Positions 1 through 9,114 of a stretch of 42,666 bases of DNA are shown here, one piece after another (the stretch's first letter is position 1; each line of letters starts with the position of its first letter). The notes beneath the pieces were generated by a model. That model worked only from the letters and a program-made list of their open reading frames with translations. It did not search any database and was not told where the DNA came from. A program made the translations under genes and the position numbers. Location of the stretch: NCBI GenBank assembly GCA_047605145.1, contig JASGGF010000003.1, positions 1-42,666 on the forward strand, in the 5' to 3' direction. The stretch comes from Thermomicrobiales bacterium (lineage in GTDB: Bacteria > Chloroflexota > Chloroflexia > Thermomicrobiales > UBA6265).

Positions 1-66
1 ATTCGGCGTCACGGGGTGATTCGCGTGATTTGCGTCAACCCGCGGCACAAGCAGCGGCAGGGCTAA
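1..66 (+). CDS. rpmJ: 50S ribosomal protein L36, C-terminal part (5' truncated by window)
   Basis: Frame 1 reads [21 protein letters not shown], the L36 C-terminus; lies directly upstream of rpsM; not in the ORF track. Confidence 0.93.
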   Translation: MRRHGVIRVICVNPRHKQRQG

Positions 67-97
67 ACGCCCCAGCGCGACCAAGAGGGGACAAGAC

Positions 98-469
98 GTG
101 GCGAGAATCGCGGGAGTCGATCTTCCTCGCGACAAGCGGGTAGAGGCGGCGCTTCCCTACATCTATGGCATCGGCCTGCACACCAGCCAGGTGCTGCTGC
201 AGCGGACCGGGGTGAATCCGGATACCCGTGTGCGTGATCTTACTGACGATGAAGTAAATCGCTTGCGCGAAATCGTCGATAAGGAAATGCGGGTCGAGGG
301 TGATCTGCGCCGCGAAGTGGCGATGAACATCAAGCGCCTGATGGATATCGGGTGCTACCGCGGCCTGCGCCACCGGCGCGGTCTGCCGACGCGCGGCCAG
401 CGCACCCGCACGAACGCGCGGACGCGGCGTGGCCCCCGGCGCGCGGTGGGTGGACGCAAGAAGAAGTAA
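98..469 (+). CDS. rpsM: 30S ribosomal protein S13
   Basis: [16 protein letters not shown]...[26 protein letters not shown]; GTG start after AGAGGGG. Confidence 0.98.
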   Translation: MARIAGVDLPRDKRVEAALPYIYGIGLHTSQVLLQRTGVNPDTRVRDLTDDEVNRLREIVDKEMRVEGDLRREVAMNIKRLMDIGCYRGLRHRRGLPTRGQRTRTNARTRRGPRRAVGGRKKK

Positions 470-539
470 CCATAGCGAACGCAACCGGGCGCGGAGCTGG
501 TGATTGCTCCGCGCGCGCCAATGGAGGACGTACAGGACA

Positions 540-950
540 ATGGCGGACAAGCGACGAGGCGGTGGAAAGGGCAAGACGCGCGTACGGCGCCGAGACCGGA
601 AGAATATTCCTCGCGGCAAGGCCTACGTGCAGGCGACCTTCAACAACACCATCATCACCATGACCGACCCGGCTGGCAACGTCATCTCCTGGTCCAGCGC
701 GGGCGCAAATGGCTTCAAGGGCAGCCGCAAGAGCACGCCCTACGCGGCGCAGGTGACCGCCGAGGCGGCGGCCCGCAAGGCAATGGAGCACGGCCTGCGC
801 CAGGTCGATGTGTTCGTGAAGGGTCCCGGCTCGGGGCGCGAGATGGCGATCCGCTCGCTCCAGTCCAGCGGCGTGCAGGTGATCTCGATCACCGACACGA
901 CGCCGATCCCGTTCAACGGGTGCCGCCCGCCGAAGCGCCGCCGCGTCTAA
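540..950 (+). CDS. rpsK: 30S ribosomal protein S11
   Basis: [39 protein letters not shown]; start placed at ATG 540 after AGGA. Confidence 0.97.
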   Translation: MADKRRGGGKGKTRVRRRDRKNIPRGKAYVQATFNNTIITMTDPAGNVISWSSAGANGFKGSRKSTPYAAQVTAEAAARKAMEHGLRQVDVFVKGPGSGREMAIRSLQSSGVQVISITDTTPIPFNGCRPPKRRRV

Positions 951-1078
951 CACCGCAGCGGCAGTTCCGCGCCGGGCGCAACCCGGCGCATCGTTCAACG
1001 CGCCCGTCCCTGGGTATGCAATCGTCGTGGTCGTGACGAGGACAGGGCGCCACACCGCAGGCATGGAGGCAAGGCATC

Positions 1079-2173
1079 TTGTTGGAGCGACCACAGTTTC
1101 ACATTGAGACGGTCGAGACGGGCCTGAATTATGGCCGCTACAAGGCTGAGCCGATGGAGCCGGGCTACGGCACCACGCTCGGCAATGCGCTGCGCCGGAT
1201 CCTGCTTCGTTCTCTCGAAGGCGCGGCGATCTCGCGGGTGCGACTCGACAACGTCTGGCACGAGTTCTCCACGATCCCGGGCGTCCGCGAGGACGTGACC
1301 GAGATTGTGCTGAACCTGAAGCGGATCCGGTTGAAGCGATCCATGGACATCGCCAGTGATGCCCGCGCGCACCTGTATGTGCGCGGGGATTCGGCGGGCG
1401 AGCGAGTGGTGACGGCGGGTGACGTCGTCTGGCCGGCCGAGGTTGAAGTGATCAACCCGGAGCAGGTCATCGCCACCATCGATTCGTCTGACGGCGTGAT
1501 CGACATGGACATCTGGGTCACGCAGGATCGCGGGTACAAGTCGGCGGAGTTGCAGGAGTCTTACGCCATTGGCGAGATTCCAATCGATGCCATCTACACC
1601 CCGATCGAGCGTGTCAACTTCGTGGTGGAGCACACTCGGGTGGGCGGCGCCACAGACTTCGACCGGCTGATCATCGAGGTGCTGACCGACGGCACCATCG
1701 AGCCCGACGATGCCCTGGCCGAGGCGGCTCGCATTCTGGCGAAGCAGGCGACGGTGTTCGCCGGCCTGGACCAGAAGCAGGTGGCCGAGGAAAGCAGTGG
1801 CGGCCTGGAGATTCCGGACGAGGTCCTGAACAAGCCGCTGGCGGACCTGAACCTGTCGCCGCGCGTGCTGAACGCGCTGCGCAGCCGCCAGATCGAGCGC
1901 GTTGGCCAGGTGCTGACCATCGAGCCCGATCAGCTGCTTTCTATCCGCAACTTCGGCCCGCGTTCGCTGACCGAGTTGCGCGAGAAGCTGGCTGAGTTCG
2001 GCTACCTGCCAGAGGGCGATGTTGGCATCGCCAGCACCGGCTATCTGGATGGGCTGAATCTGGACGACGACAGCACAGACGAGTTTGACGGAGATGTGCT
2101 CTCCGGCACTGATGAGGATATGGCCGAGGCAGTAGCGTCGCTACGGGGCCTGGGCGCGACCGAGGAGAACTGA
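1079..2173 (+). CDS. rpoA: DNA-directed RNA polymerase subunit alpha
   Basis: EPMEPGYGTTLGNALRRILL, HEFSTIPGVREDVTEIVLNLK, alpha-CTD IRNFGPRSL; acidic C-terminal tail. Confidence 0.97.
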   Translation: MLERPQFHIETVETGLNYGRYKAEPMEPGYGTTLGNALRRILLRSLEGAAISRVRLDNVWHEFSTIPGVREDVTEIVLNLKRIRLKRSMDIASDARAHLYVRGDSAGERVVTAGDVVWPAEVEVINPEQVIATIDSSDGVIDMDIWVTQDRGYKSAELQESYAIGEIPIDAIYTPIERVNFVVEHTRVGGATDFDRLIIEVLTDGTIEPDDALAEAARILAKQATVFAGLDQKQVAEESSGGLEIPDEVLNKPLADLNLSPRVLNALRSRQIERVGQVLTIEPDQLLSIRNFGPRSLTELREKLAEFGYLPEGDVGIASTGYLDGLNLDDDSTDEFDGDVLSGTDEDMAEAVASLRGLGATEEN

Positions 2174-2174
2174 C

Positions 2175-2531
2175 ATGAGGCACCGCAAGGCGGGCCGCAA
2201 GTTCGGCCGCAACCCGGCCCAGCGGCGGGCGCTGCTGCGCCAGTTGACGATTTCGATGATCAACGACGAGCGCGTGACCACCACGGAGGCGAAGGCGAAG
2301 ACCCTGCGCCCCATCGTGGAGAAGCTGGTCACCATCGCGCGCGAGGATTCGCTCCACCACCGCAAGCTGGTGATGTCGAAGATCGACAACGAGAAGGCGA
2401 CGGTCAAGCTGTTCGAGGTCATTGCTCCCCGGTTCGAGGAGCAGCCCGGCGGCTACACCCGGATCGCCAAGCTGGGCGTGCGGCACGGCGATGCGGCGCC
2501 GCTGGCGCTCATCGAGTTCATCGAGGCGTAG
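2175..2531 (+). CDS. rplQ: 50S ribosomal protein L17
   Basis: MRHRKAGRKFGR, TTTEAKAK, GGYTRIAKLGVRHGDAA. Confidence 0.98.
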   Translation: MRHRKAGRKFGRNPAQRRALLRQLTISMINDERVTTTEAKAKTLRPIVEKLVTIAREDSLHHRKLVMSKIDNEKATVKLFEVIAPRFEEQPGGYTRIAKLGVRHGDAAPLALIEFIEA

Positions 2532-2544
2532 TCGCACTGGCGCA

Positions 2545-3363
2545 ATGTCCAGCTTCCGGTTGACGCTCGCCTACGACGGCACGGACTTTGCCGGTTCGCA
2601 GGTGCAACCGGGCCAGCGTACGGTCCAGGGGGATCTGGAAGCGACGCTGCGGCGGCTGGGTGGAGATGCGGTCTCCACGGTCTTCGCGGGGCGGACGGAT
2701 CGGGGAGTTCACGCCGCCGGGCAAGTGGTCGCGGTTCGCTTCCCGGAGTGGCGAGCCGGCACGCAGGCGCTGGAGAACGCGTTGGCGGCCCGGTTGCCGG
2801 GTGACCTGGCGGCACGGCACGTCGAAGCATGCGGGGAAGCGTTCAACCCGCGCTTCGATGCACAGTGGCGGGAATACCGCTACTGGATCGCGCCGGGGGT
2901 ACGCAGTCCCTTTTGGGGCCGATACGCCTGGCTCCTACGGGATGACGTGGATGTCGTCCGGATGGACGCCGCCGCGCAGGCGTTGCTGGGGACGCACGAT
3001 TTCGCCTCCTTCGCCGGAGGCGGGGAAGGCGTTCCGTGGTCGGACCGGGCGGCGCGGCCTCGCGGGACGGTGCGGACGTTGTACCGCTGCCAGGTGCGGC
3101 GGATGGCGGCGGACGCAGGACCGGGCCGGGATGTCGCCGCTGAGGCGATCGAGGTGCGGATCGCGGCGGATGGATTTCTGCCGCGGATGGTGCGGAACAT
3201 CACTGGCGCACTGGTCGAAATCGGCCAGGAGCGACAGGAGCCGGGCTGGATCCGTGAGATCCTGGCGGCCCGGGACCGGCGGCAGGGTTCGCCCGTGGCG
3301 CCGGCGCATGGTTTGACACTCTGGCGGGTCGGGTATGCCGGCGACGCCTTGAACGACGAGTAG
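2545..3363 (+). CDS. truA: tRNA pseudouridine(38-40) synthase
   Basis: [40 protein letters not shown]; usual position after rplQ; start trimmed to ATG 2545. Confidence 0.95.
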   Translation: MSSFRLTLAYDGTDFAGSQVQPGQRTVQGDLEATLRRLGGDAVSTVFAGRTDRGVHAAGQVVAVRFPEWRAGTQALENALAARLPGDLAARHVEACGEAFNPRFDAQWREYRYWIAPGVRSPFWGRYAWLLRDDVDVVRMDAAAQALLGTHDFASFAGGGEGVPWSDRAARPRGTVRTLYRCQVRRMAADAGPGRDVAAEAIEVRIAADGFLPRMVRNITGALVEIGQERQEPGWIREILAARDRRQGSPVAPAHGLTLWRVGYAGDALNDE

Positions 3364-3410
3364 TGGCGTCCCGGGCGGGCCGCCCGGCAGGGATCTTGAG
3401 GAGTTCGAAC

Positions 3411-3851
3411 ATGGAACGGCGCACGTGGTCGCCAAAGCTGGCGGATACACAAACTGGGAAGCGGTGGTACATCGTTGACGCCGAGGGGCAGACTCTCGGC
3501 CGGCTGGCCTCGGTGATTGCCTCCACGCTGCGTGGCAAGACGAAGCCGACGTTCAGCCCCCACATGGATATGGGCGATTACGTTATCGTGATCAACGCGG
3601 AAAAGATCGCCGTGACCGGGAAGAAGGAGATCCAGAAGGAATACTTCCGGCACTCCGGGTACCCGGGCGGGCTGCACCGGCAGAACCTGAAGCAGCTGCG
3701 GGGCGCGCACCCGGAGCGCATCATCCACGGCGCAGTGCGCGGCATGCTCCCCAAGAACGTGCTGGGCGAGCAGCAGTTGCGCAAGCTCAAGGTCTATGTT
3801 GGCTCGGAGCACCCGCACGCGCAGCAGAAGCCGGAATCGCTGACGGTTTAG
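3411..3851 (+). CDS. rplM: 50S ribosomal protein L13
   Basis: [43 protein letters not shown]. Confidence 0.97.
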   Translation: MERRTWSPKLADTQTGKRWYIVDAEGQTLGRLASVIASTLRGKTKPTFSPHMDMGDYVIVINAEKIAVTGKKEIQKEYFRHSGYPGGLHRQNLKQLRGAHPERIIHGAVRGMLPKNVLGEQQLRKLKVYVGSEHPHAQQKPESLTV

Positions 3852-3889
3852 CATTCACCAGACGACGCAGGCGCAGGAGAGAACAGCAC

Positions 3890-4288
3890 ATGACGGACGC
3901 GGGATACATCTGGAGCGTGGGGCGGCGCAAGACTGCTGTTGCCCGCGTCCGGCTCTACCCGGGGTCGGGCAAGATCACGGTCAACGGCAAGCCGGCCCTG
4001 GACTACTTTGGCGGCCGCCTCATTCACCAGCAGTCGCTGCGTGAAGCGCTGAACCTGACGGGCACGCAGGAGCGCTTCGACATCACGGTGCGCGTGGTGG
4101 GCGGCGGCGTGACCGGCCAGGCCGGCGCCATTCGCCACGGCATTGCGCGCGCGCTGATCAAGTTCGACGGCGATCTTCGCCCGGCGTTGAAGCGCGCCAA
4201 GCTGCTGACGCGCGATGCGCGGGTCAAGGAGCGCAAGAAGGTCGGTCTCAAGCGGGCCCGCAAGGCGCCTCAGTACACGAAGCGCTAA
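3890..4288 (+). CDS. rpsI: 30S ribosomal protein S9
   Basis: [38 protein letters not shown]. Confidence 0.98.
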   Translation: MTDAGYIWSVGRRKTAVARVRLYPGSGKITVNGKPALDYFGGRLIHQQSLREALNLTGTQERFDITVRVVGGGVTGQAGAIRHGIARALIKFDGDLRPALKRAKLLTRDARVKERKKVGLKRARKAPQYTKR

Positions 4289-4318
4289 TTTCAGCGGTTC
4301 GGAGTCTCGAAACCAGAG

Positions 4319-4353
4319 CGGGGTGGCGCGAAATGCGTCACCCCGTTTCATTT
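4319..4353 (+). terminator. Probable intrinsic terminator after rpsI
   Basis: Stem CGGGGTGGCGC / GCGTCACCCCG followed by TTTCATTT. Confidence 0.6.
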
Positions 4354-4450
4354 CCGGCGCTGTGTGGCAATGCCTCGCTGCCTGGAGAGCCTGCGCATTC
4401 CTTCCGGGCGCGGTCGAGGCTATCGCGATGGCGGTTGACTGGCGACAAGG

Positions 4451-4614
4451 CCCTTCGACAAGCTCAGGAAATCATCTTTGGGTGGCGCCGCCGGGATCTC
4501 GCTGATTCGTTGTCGCCGCCATTCCGGTCGGTTGGTGCAGGGGAGCAGGCTGCAACGGTGCACCTGCAACCTACGCGTGATGCCCTGAGCTTGTCGAAGG
4601 ACCTCGTTGCCGGC
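4451..4614. repeat. REP-like repeat family A, inverted doublet
   Basis: CCTTCGACAAGCTCAGG (4452-4468) and its reverse complement CCTGAGCTTGTCGAAGG (4584-4600); 4577-4614 matches the reverse complement of 34258-34295 at 36/38. Confidence 0.85.
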
Positions 4615-4730
4615 CGTGAAGTGCCGGGGCTATTGCGACATCCCGGCTGGGGGTGCACGGTGACACCCCGGAATGCGTGAATTGCCTCGGAATCGAGACT
4701 CCAACAGGAGCCGCCTGCGGTGAGCAGAAA

Positions 4731-5552
4731 TCAGGCGCCGCGCGACGTCCGGCTTTGTTCGTATCGCCCGATCCCTTCGCGCAGCGCGCTCAGGTGGCCG
4801 CGGCAGCGCTCATAGACGTAGTCGCTGGCCCGAATCGCGCCGATGGCGGCGGCCCGCGGTGTCGTGGGGAACGGCGTCATGCGCGACGACGCAATGGCGA
4901 CGACGAGTGGGTGCTCGCGGTCGAGGGCGGCGTGGAGCGCCCGGCACGCGACACGATCCAACCCGACCGCCGCACGGGAGGGGGCGCTGTCCCGCACACG
5001 GATCAGGCGCAGCCGGGGGCCGAGCCGGGTCACTGCCGCCTCTGCCTCCCACGTGGGGTCGAGGCGGCCGGTGAGATCGAGCGCCAGCCCGAGATCCCAT
5101 TCTTCGGCGAACCGCCGCAACGCGCCGAGCTGCACCAGGTGCGGCCGGCCGCCACGCAGATGCGCTGCGGTCAACCCGATCATCGGCGACGCCTTCGGGT
5201 TCAGAAGCACAGGCTGCGCCATGCGGCTCAGGTCCCGGTGCTGCAGTGATCCGGCCACGATCACGGTTGCCGGCAGGGCGCCAAACTGCTGATCGGCGAG
5301 CGACTTCTGGAGCGCGACGACCCGGGGGTTGCTCAATTGCTCGGCTGAGGTCCAGATCGTTGCCGCCGGGATGTACGCGCCGTCGTGGCCCCCCTGCCTC
5401 GCCAACCAGATTCCGCCGGCGGAGGTCGCGTCAATGTCGAGCGAGCCAAGCCCGGCCTCAGCAGCGACGTGCTGGTACATCCAGGCAGGCATGAGGGATC
5501 CGCGCGTCGAGTAGGCGACGGTGACAAGAGGAGTGGGGAGGCGGCGGGACAT
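4731..5552 (-). CDS. Hypothetical protein, possibly a degenerate xylose-isomerase-like TIM barrel
   Basis: 273-aa ORF filling the gap downstream of the MBL gene; only weak beta/alpha periodicity, no intact catalytic motif recognised. Confidence 0.55.
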   Translation of the reverse strand: MSRRLPTPLVTVAYSTRGSLMPAWMYQHVAAEAGLGSLDIDATSAGGIWLARQGGHDGAYIPAATIWTSAEQLSNPRVVALQKSLADQQFGALPATVIVAGSLQHRDLSRMAQPVLLNPKASPMIGLTAAHLRGGRPHLVQLGALRRFAEEWDLGLALDLTGRLDPTWEAEAAVTRLGPRLRLIRVRDSAPSRAAVGLDRVACRALHAALDREHPLVVAIASSRMTPFPTTPRAAAIGAIRASDYVYERCRGHLSALREGIGRYEQSRTSRGA

Positions 5553-5642
5553 GGCTACCGTTTCCCGGGGCGATCAGCCGGCGGCGTAGAACAGCGAAGC
5601 GGCCGAATGAGGAGCCCAGTCTAGCACCGCCCGAACTGCCGC

Positions 5643-6440
5643 TCAACGGCCCCCGCTGGTCGTCAGGTGCAGGCCGGGCGTGGCGAGGATCACCTCGCCG
5701 CCAAAGACTGCGGCAGCCTCTGCCACGGCGCGTTCCGGGTCATGTTCGGCCCACAGGTGCGTCAGGACCAGCGTGCCAGCGCCTGCCTCGCAGGCGAGCG
5801 CTGCTGCCTCCGCCGGGGTCAGGTGCCCGCGCATACCATAATTCTCTGTCTCATCCGGACGAGCGGTCCCCTCCGCGATGACGAGGCTGGCGCCTGCCGC
5901 GAGTGGCAGCAGATCAGCGGAGGGGCCGGTGTCGGCCGTGAAGAAGAGGTCACCAGCGCCGTCATCTGGGCTCACCCGCATGGCCCAGCAGGGCACGTAG
6001 TGGACGGTGGGGCGGAAGCGCAACGTCAGTGTGCCGATGGAAAGAGGCGCGTCCGGGTCGTACTCCTGGATGTGGAAGACCGCGTAGAAATGACGCGCAT
6101 CATCCTCGCCGGCGAAGGCCAGGGCAGCGCCCTCCAGAAAGGCCTTTCCGCCAGGCGGAACCCAAAGCGGGACCGGCGCCGGCGCCGCCACCGGGTTGTA
6201 CGCCAACGCGTAGCGGAGCGCAAAGACGTCCAGCATGTGATCGAGGTGGAGGTGGGAGAGCACCACGGCATCGAGGGTGCGGAAATCCGTGTGCCGGCGC
6301 AGCTCCGGCAGCGTGCCGGGCCCGAGATCGAGCACGATGCACGTGCCGGCGTGCTCCACCAGGTACCCGCTGCACCCTTGCCCCGGGGAAACTCCGGCGG
6401 CGCTACCGCCAAGGATCGTGATATCCAGACCCACGCTCAC
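5643..6440 (-). CDS. MBL-fold metallo-hydrolase (RNase Z/YhfI-like)
   Basis: CSGYLV, DLGPG, SHLHLDH, TVHYVPC, FTADT, GHLT, LTHLW; GTG start immediately after GGAGGAGGA (GTG 6434 also possible). Confidence 0.9.
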   Translation of the reverse strand: MSVGLDITILGGSAAGVSPGQGCSGYLVEHAGTCIVLDLGPGTLPELRRHTDFRTLDAVVLSHLHLDHMLDVFALRYALAYNPVAAPAPVPLWVPPGGKAFLEGAALAFAGEDDARHFYAVFHIQEYDPDAPLSIGTLTLRFRPTVHYVPCWAMRVSPDDGAGDLFFTADTGPSADLLPLAAGASLVIAEGTARPDETENYGMRGHLTPAEAAALACEAGAGTLVLTHLWAEHDPERAVAEAAAVFGGEVILATPGLHLTTSGGR

Positions 6441-6489
6441 TCCTCCTCCAGGCATCGACGCCGCGACGATTGTGCCAGATCGCCCAGCG

Positions 6490-6518
6490 TTGACGATGTG
6501 CGAGAGGAACGGTAGACT
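6490..6518 (+). promoter_or_regulatory. Putative sigma70 promoter of the pyr operon
   Basis: TTGACG (6490-6495), 17-bp spacer, TAGACT (6513-6518). Confidence 0.6.
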
Positions 6519-6571
6519 TGCGCGAACGCCTGTGAAGAGGGACCTGGTGGCGCAAACGATCAAAACAGATT

Positions 6572-6622
6572 CGGCGGCAACGCCGTCTCACGGACCGCAA
6601 GGTGCCGGGAGACGGTTTTTTT
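6572..6622 (+). promoter_or_regulatory. Putative attenuator in the pyr leader (terminator plus overlapping alternative hairpin)
   Basis: Terminator CCGTCTC...GAGACGG (6583-6615) followed by T7 (6616-6622), upstream of the pyrC RBS; hairpin CGGCG-GCAA-CGCCG (6572-6585) overlaps its 5' arm. Confidence 0.65.
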
Positions 6623-6641
6623 CTGTGCGCAGGAGGGCGGC

Positions 6642-7973
6642 ATGAGCCACACGACGCTATTGCGCGGTGGCCACGTCGTCGATCCCGCGCTTGGCCTCGA
6701 CGGCCGGGCCGACGTGCGGCTGGCCGGTGGCCGGGTGGCCGCGTTAGGCTCCCTGACCCCGGAGGCTGGCGAAGAGGTCATCGACATCGACGGCCTTGTG
6801 GTGACGCCGGGCTTGATCGACGTGCATGTCCACCTGCGCGAGCCGGGGCAGGAGTGGAAGGAAACCATCGGCACCGGCAGTCAGGCTGCAGCCGCTGGCG
6901 GGTTCACGACCATCTTCTGCATGCCCAACACCCAGCCAGCGCTTGATTCCGTGGCGGTGCTGGAAGAGTTGCGCCGCCGCGCCGCTCGCGATAGCGCTGT
7001 GCGGGTGCACCCCATCGCCACCATCAGCGAGGGGCGGCGCGGGCGACGGCCGGCCGACTACGACGCGCTGGCGGCGGCGGGAGCCGTGGGTTTCTCGGAC
7101 GATGGCGAATCGACTGAAGACTCCGCCATCATGTCTGAGGCGCTGCTGGCCTCGAAGCGGCTTGGCATCCCGGTGATGGTGCATTGCGAGGACCCGGCGC
7201 TTGTTGGCGGCGCGATGCACGAGGGGGACGTCTCCCGGCGCATCGGCGCGCGCGGCATCGCCGCTGCCGCCGAGGAAATCTTCATCCGGCGCGATCTGGC
7301 GCTGGCGGCGGATACGGGGGGCTGGCTCCACGTCTGCCATGTTTCCACGGGGCAGGGCATCGCCGACATCGCACGCGCCCGGCGCGCCGGGGTGTGGGTG
7401 ACCGCAGAGGTGATGCCGCACCATCTGGTGATGAGCGACGAGTGGGTTGGGGGAAGCCGCGCGCTGGAGCTGGTTGGCGATACGCGCGGCCTTTCCGCCG
7501 CGCCGGGCCACCCCGACACGAAGGTGAATCCGCCGCTGCGGCCACCGGCGGACGCCGCCGCGCTGCTGGCGGCGTTGAAGACCGGCGAGTTCGAGGTGAT
7601 CTCCACCGATCATGCGCCGCACGCCGCCGCCGAGAAGCAGGGTAAAACGCTCCAGACCGCCGCGTTCGGTTTAAGTGGCAGCGAATTTGCGCTACCCAGC
7701 CTGATGGCGCTGTGGGCCGCCGGGTTGCTGACCCTGCCGGAGATTGTGGCCGGGCTCAGCACGCGCCCCGCCGCGTTGTGGGGCCTGCCGGGCGGCACGC
7801 TGCGGCCGGGCAGCGTGGCCGACGTGACGGTGTTCGATCCGCGCGAACGGTGGACCCCGGACGCCGGGAACCTCGTCTCGCGCAGCCTCAACAGCCCGTT
7901 GCTCGGGATGGAGTTGCAAGGAAAAGCGAAGTTGACGTTTGTGCAAGGAGATGTACGGCATCGTGACTGGTAA
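6642..7973 (+). CDS. pyrC: Dihydroorotase
   Basis: PGLIDVHVHLREPG, AAAGGFTT, MPNT, KVNPPLR, STDHAPH. Confidence 0.95.
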   Translation: MSHTTLLRGGHVVDPALGLDGRADVRLAGGRVAALGSLTPEAGEEVIDIDGLVVTPGLIDVHVHLREPGQEWKETIGTGSQAAAAGGFTTIFCMPNTQPALDSVAVLEELRRRAARDSAVRVHPIATISEGRRGRRPADYDALAAAGAVGFSDDGESTEDSAIMSEALLASKRLGIPVMVHCEDPALVGGAMHEGDVSRRIGARGIAAAAEEIFIRRDLALAADTGGWLHVCHVSTGQGIADIARARRAGVWVTAEVMPHHLVMSDEWVGGSRALELVGDTRGLSAAPGHPDTKVNPPLRPPADAAALLAALKTGEFEVISTDHAPHAAAEKQGKTLQTAAFGLSGSEFALPSLMALWAAGLLTLPEIVAGLSTRPAALWGLPGGTLRPGSVADVTVFDPRERWTPDAGNLVSRSLNSPLLGMELQGKAKLTFVQGDVRHRDW

Positions 7974-9114
7974 CGCGTCAACGTCGCAACGAGCTCGCTA
8001 CGCCCCGCCGGCGGACGCCGCGCTGGCGCTGGCGGACGGCCGGGTGTACCGGGGTATGGCCTTTGGCGCGCCGGCGGACGCCGCCGGCGAAGTGGTGTTC
8101 ACCACCACCATGGTCGGCTATCAGGAGGTCGCCACCGATCCCTCGTTCCGGGGGCAGATCGTGTGCATGACGTACCCGCTGATCGGCAACTACGGCATCC
8201 TGCCCGATCAGGATGAATCGCGTCAGCCGTGGATCTCGGCGCTGGTGGTGCGCGAAGCGTGCGACCTGCCCAGCCATGAGGGCCAGACCGGCACGATTTC
8301 CGACTACCTCGCGAGCTACGGCATCCCGGGCATTGCGGGTATCGACACCCGTGCTCTTACCCTGAACATTCGGCAGGCGGGCGATATGCGCGCCGTGCTG
8401 GTGCACAACGCCGCTGGGCTCTCTGATGACGTGTTGGTCGCGCGGGCGCAGGGAGCGCCGCTGCCGGGCGAGTTTGACGCTGTCGGCGAGGTCGCCAACC
8501 CCGAGCGTGAGGAACTGACGGCGGACGGGCCGCACGTGGTTGTCGTCGATTGCGGGGTGAAGCGCAACATCGTGCGCTCGCTGGTCAAGCGTGGCGCGCG
8601 GGTGACCATCGTGCCCTTCGGCACGCCGCTGGAGGAGATCAGCGCGCTGCAGCCGGACGGGGTGGTCGTCTCGCCCGGCCCCGGCGACCCGGCCAGTCTC
8701 GATGCGGGGCAGGCGGTGGTTGCGGGCATTGTGGAGCAGGGGGTGCCCTACTTCGGCATCTGCCTCGGCCACCAGTTGCTGGCGCGCTCCATCGGCGCCG
8801 ATACGCGCAAGCTCAAGTTCGGGCACCGGGGAGGCAACCACTCGGTGCAGGATTTGAAGACGGGCCGCGTCACCATTACCTCGCAAAACCACGGGTTCGA
8901 GGTCGATGCGAGCACCGTGCCGCAGGACAAGGGCTGGGAAGTGCGCCTCGTGAATCTGAACGACGGGTCGGTCGAGGGGCTGGCGCACCGGGAGAAGCCG
9001 GTCTTTACCGTCCAGTTCCACCCGGAATCGTCGCCCGGCCCGCTCGACAATGACGGCCTGTTCGATGAGTTCCTGCAGACGATTGCGTCCAACCGGGCGG
9101 AGGTGGGCGCGTGA
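7963..9114 (+). CDS. carA: Carbamoyl-phosphate synthase small subunit
   Basis: GEVVFTT, TYPLIGNYG, SPGPGDP, GICLGHQ, SQNHGF, VQFHPE; start approximate. Confidence 0.95.
   Translation: MTGNASTSQRARYAPPADAALALADGRVYRGMAFGAPADAAGEVVFTTTMVGYQEVATDPSFRGQIVCMTYPLIGNYGILPDQDESRQPWISALVVREACDLPSHEGQTGTISDYLASYGIPGIAGIDTRALTLNIRQAGDMRAVLVHNAAGLSDDVLVARAQGAPLPGEFDAVGEVANPEREELTADGPHVVVVDCGVKRNIVRSLVKRGARVTIVPFGTPLEEISALQPDGVVVSPGPGDPASLDAGQAVVAGIVEQGVPYFGICLGHQLLARSIGADTRKLKFGHRGGNHSVQDLKTGRVTITSQNHGFEVDASTVPQDKGWEVRLVNLNDGSVEGLAHREKPVFTVQFHPESSPGPLDNDGLFDEFLQTIASNRAEVGA

Noticed and set aside
6525-6622. T-box riboswitch in the pyr leader (TGAAGAGGGA and GGCGGCAACGCC resemble T-box pieces)
   Set aside because: Too short for stem I and lacks the UGGN bulge that pairs with the tRNA CCA end
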